Shown: piece by piece, positions 60,801 to 64,000 of the stretch
Layout: each line of letters begins with the position of its first letter
Position numbering within the stretch: position 1 is the first letter of the stretch
Source: Rhizaria sp. SCN 62-66
Lineage: Eukaryota
Length of the DNA stretch: 64,000 nucleotides
Assembly (NCBI GenBank): GCA_001724265.1
Contig: MEDY01000081.1
Span: 1-64,000, forward strand
Direction of reading: 5' to 3'
Translations under genes and position numbers: made by a program
Notes under the pieces: model-generated
What the model was told of the DNA's origin: nothing
The model's input: the letters and a program-made list of their open reading frames with translations, nothing else
Databases searched by the model: none

Positions 60801-62453
60801 CTGCTGCGCCACTGCCCGCCCAACTCGCCCGCGCTGCTCGCCGTGGCCGCGGTCAACACCAACGGCGTCACTACGGGCGCCGCGGGCGCGGGCGGCGACA
60901 ACCGCACGTCGCTGCTGCGCGCCGCGGCGGGCGAGGTGTGCATGCTGAGCCGCATCATCGGCGTCGCGCTCGCCATCAACCTGCTCGACCTGGGTGTCAT
61001 GACCACGACGGCTACGAGCGGCGCCGGGCTTGCCGGTGGGCACGGCCTGCTGGTCCCGGCCTCACTCTCCGGCTCCGGGAGCAGCGGCAGTGGCAGCGGC
61101 AGCGGCAGCGATGCGGGGCTGGGCCTCGGCCTCGGTCTGGGCCTCATGTCCACGCTCGCCAGCCTCCTCAGCGCGTCCAGCGTCGGCACCAACAGCAACG
61201 CCAACAGCGGGCTGCTAGTGCCCGCGCCGCTGTCCGGTTCGGCCTCCTCGGCCCAGGCCGCCGTCGCGGCGGGCAGCGGGCTCCTGCTGCCAACGCCCAT
61301 GCCGTTGCGCAGCACCAGCCTCGCGCGCGCCATGTCCGCGCTCGCGCACGCGCACAGCCACGCTGCCGCGCAGAACCACGGCCACGGCCTCAGCCTCGGC
61401 GGCCCCGGCCAGTCCGCGGCCGCCGCGGTCGCTGTCGCCGCGGCGGCCTCCGCGTCGGGCGCGGCGGGCAGCGCGGCCGCGCTGGTGGAGCTGGGCGTGC
61501 CGCTGTCGGTCGTCACGGCCGCCAACACGGGCCTGCTGCAGCTGCGCGCGAACCAGCTCTCGCTACTGCGCCTCGTCACCTTCCTCCGCGGCGTCGGCGT
61601 CATCGGCATTGCCATCGCGCCCGCGCACGGCAGCGCTAGCAACAACGGCAGCGTGACCGTGAACAGCGTCCGCGGCAGTGTGGACCAAGGACTGGGCTCG
61701 CCTCAGCTAGCACTCGCCTCCGCGTCTGTGTCCGCCTCCAACTCCCCGTCGCTGGCGCTGGCGCTCACCGTGCCCCTGTCCTTCCCCTCGAGCAACGCCA
61801 GCAACGCCGCTGGCAGCACTGCCCAGGCCTTCGCCAGCCCGCCCGGGTCCGGGGTGCTCACCTCGGCCGCGGGCGCGCTCACGCTGACCTACGCCGAGCT
61901 GCTCCAGCGCGACCAGCTGCTGCTGCGCACGCTGGGGCTCTCGCGCTCGCTCGACTCGCTCTTCGCGACGCTGGACCTCTACCTCGCCGCGCTGCAGCCC
62001 GCCGTGGCGGCCGTGCTGCGCGAGGGCAAGAGCAGGGCCATCAAGGCCAAGGCCGCCGCGGAGGCCGCCGCCGCTGCCGCCGCCGCGGCTGCTGAAGCCG
62101 CCGCGAATGCTGCAACCGCGATGACCGACGGCGACACGGACGCCGTTGCGGCCGCGCCCGTCGCCGGCGCCCCCAGTGCCGGCGACAGCGGCGCGTCTGC
62201 GGGCGGCGTCGGCGCGATCGCGGGGATGTCCATCGCCGTCATCGAAGAGGGCGACGAGGAGGAGGAAGAGGAGGAAGAGGAGGAGGACCGCGTGGTGCTC
62301 GGCGGTAACGGCAGAGACGGCGCCCGCGCCGGCCTGCCCGCCTTCGCCGGCGCGACCGCGTCCGCGTCATCGTCATCCTCGCTTGCTCACCCGCTGTCCT
62401 CAACGTCCTACCACACACCCGCCTCGCGCCGCTCGCGCTCCGCACTCAACCGC

Positions 62454-62486
<33 letters not shown>

Positions 62487-64000
62487 GCCGCCCACGGCAG
62501 CGGCGTGCCTGGCTCCGCGAGCAGCCGCGTCGCTGCCGTTGCGACCGGCGCCGGCGCCAACGCTAGCGGGGCTGGTGGCAACACCAGCAGCGGTGGCGCG
62601 GGCGGCAACAACAGGCTGCAGCCGCCCTCGACGTCTCTCTCTCGCCACGGCAGCGCCAGCGCGAGCACCAACGCCAACGCCGCTGCGGGCGCCAACGCTG
62701 CCGCCTCCGCCCCCGTCTCGGGCCCCGCCGCCGCGGCCGCCGCCGCCGCGGCCGCGACCGCCGCTGCGGCCGGCGCGAGAGAGAAGGACAGCAAGAGCAA
62801 GGCCGCGCCTGGCGAGTCGATGTGGGCGCACCTGCTGCACCTGCCTCTGCTCGAGTGCTACTTTTTGCTCCACGCGCCGGCGCTGCCCCCGCCCAGCCCG
62901 CCCGCGGCACTGTCCTCGGTCTCGCGCGCGTCCATCCTCGCCGCGATGAACACCGGCAGCAACAACACCGCCAACAAGACCAGCTCCGCGAGCGCCAGCG
63001 CCGCCTCCTCTGGTTCGAGCTCGCTCGACGGCAACGACGCCAACGCGGGCGCGACCGCGAGCAACAGCTTCTCGCTGTTCGTGGACCGCCACCAGCGCGT
63101 GCTGTCGATGCTGTGCCGCAAAGTGCCGCGTCTGCTGGCCCCGCCCTCGGGCGCGTGGATCGCGGGCGTGTCTTCCGCGCCCAGCGGCGCGCACGGCCAC
63201 GGCCACCACCACGACGCGGGCGCCGCCGTCGCCTTCTCGCTCGCCGCGCCCGCGGCCCGCGCGAGCCTGGGCGCCGCGTCGAGTAGCACGGCCGCCGCCG
63301 CCGCCGCGGCCAGCAGCAACAGCAGCTCGGCCGATGGCTCCTTCAACCCGCTGCTGTGGCATCACAACAAGCAGGTGCTGGACTTCGACGTCCGCTTGCG
63401 GTACTTCCAGCAGTGCCTGCGCGCGGCGCACGCGCAGCGGCCGCGCGAGAAGCTGCAGCTGCACCTGCGCCGCGACCTGCTGTTCGAGGACGCGTGCCAG
63501 CAGGTGCTGCGGTACTCGCCCGCGGAGCTGCGGCGCCCGCTCGAGATCAAGTTTGTGGGCGAAGACGGCGTTGACGCGGGCGGGCTTACCAAGGAGTTCT
63601 TCGTTGTGCTGTCGCGCACGATGTTCAACCCCGACTACGGGCTGTTCGAGCCGACGACAGGGAACCCGAACGTGTTCGCGCCCAGCCCCAAGTCGCGGTG
63701 GAACCCGCAGCACCTGACGCTGCTGCGCTTCGTCGGCCGCCTCGTCGGCAAGGCGCTGTTCGAGGGCGAGCGCATCGAGTGCTACTTCACGCGCTCGCTG
63801 TACAAGCACCTCACGGGCGCCGAGATCACGCTGAGCGACCTGGAGGCCATCGACGCCGAGTACCACAAGTCGCTGGTTTGGATGCTGCGGAACCCCGTCG
63901 AGGGCGTGTTCGACCACCTGACGTTCGAGGCCGAGGTGGGCGACTTCGGTGCCACCTCCTCCATCGGACTGCTGCCCGGCGGCGCGGGCGCGGACGTGGG
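21891..64000 (+). CDS. HUWE1: Giant HUWE1/Tom1/UPL1-family HECT E3 ubiquitin ligase, 3'-partial (exon 1 21891-21911 MMQGIIP; exon 2 22074->64000), >=13,980 aa
   Basis: The frame with codon starts at positions divisible by 3 is open from 22074 to the end. The track lists no closed ORF in this frame, and the TAG trinucleotides I checked are all out of frame. It contains an N-terminal DUF908-like start (LRKVSLWAWDVED, LSILRFLDLYAE, LLAADDLEVV), a central acidic region, UBM-like motifs and a C-terminal HECT domain. Confidence 0.9.
21912..22073 (+). other. Spliceosomal intron (162 nt, phase 0) in the HECT ligase gene
   Basis: CCC|GTACGT ... pyrimidine tract ... AAACAG|CCG; AT-rich. Confidence 0.8.
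43880..48200 (+). repeat. Asp/Glu/Gly/Ser/Arg-rich low-complexity region (~1,400 aa) of the HECT ligase
   Basis: (GAC/GAG)n runs such as 43975-44035, 46180-46315 and 46530-46612; RERERE near 44950. The position matches the central acidic disordered region of HUWE1/Tom1. Confidence 0.85.
57840..58280 (+). other. Ubiquitin-binding (UBM/DUF4414-like) motifs in the HECT ligase
   Basis: VDSAGLSVLPLSVQREIF and DLTSLVLAMPPAQRVAFLTAQPESVVVTLPPALMAEAIVLR resemble the D..FL.ALP..IR.E and LP..L.AEA..LR motifs of Tom1/HUWE1. Confidence 0.65.
63375..64000 (+). other. HECT domain, N-lobe (truncated by the window end)
   Basis: VLDFDVRLRYF, LHLRRDLLFEDA, LEIKFVGEDGVDAGGLTKEFF, MFNPDYGLF, LRFVGRLVGKALFE, YFTRSLYKHLTG, DLEAIDAEYHKSLVWML. 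Confidence 0.97.

Noticed and set aside
22148-63964. Many long antisense and off-frame ORFs in the track (e.g. 25902-28481 859 aa, 30039-31907, 36663-38558, 44199-46928 909 aa, 62400-63917)
   Set aside because: Shadow ORFs. They overlap the giant + strand reading frame, are Arg/Gly/Val-rich with no motifs, and are expected from very GC-rich codon usage that rarely creates antisense stops.
1-64000. Prokaryotic defence system, prophage or transposon
   Set aside because: All recognisable genes are eukaryotic housekeeping genes with spliceosomal introns. I saw no transposase, RT, integrase, TIR or LTR.

Overview
GC-rich nuclear DNA from an aerobic microbial eukaryote (a protist; the lineage cannot be identified from sequence alone). 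It has short AT-rich GT-AG introns and AT-rich intergenic spacers. Nine protein genes are supported: mitochondrial NADP-IDH (+), a 144-aa hypothetical (+), FBPase (-), a secreted Ala/Glu-rich protein (-), ARL1 (-), PAF1-complex CTR9 (-), a CDK20/CCRK-like kinase (+), complex III subunit QCR7 (-), and a giant HUWE1/Tom1-type HECT E3 ligase (+) that starts at 21891 and runs off the window end. Main observations: (1) In-frame TAG codons interrupt otherwise continuous coding sequence, in CTR9 at 11718-11720 and in CDK20 at 18902-18904 and probably 19835-19837. All seven unambiguous gene ends use TAA or TGA, which suggests UAG is read as an amino acid (best guess Gln) while UAA stays a stop. (2) The HECT ligase has a stop-free exon of at least 41.9 kb (at least ~13,980 aa, about 3x human HUWE1), and the ORF track misses it. 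(3) FBPase ends in a PTS1 signal (-KKAKL). (4) All seven coding introns are phase 0 with an invariant GTACG donor. Most other ORF-track entries are shadow ORFs of GC-rich coding DNA.
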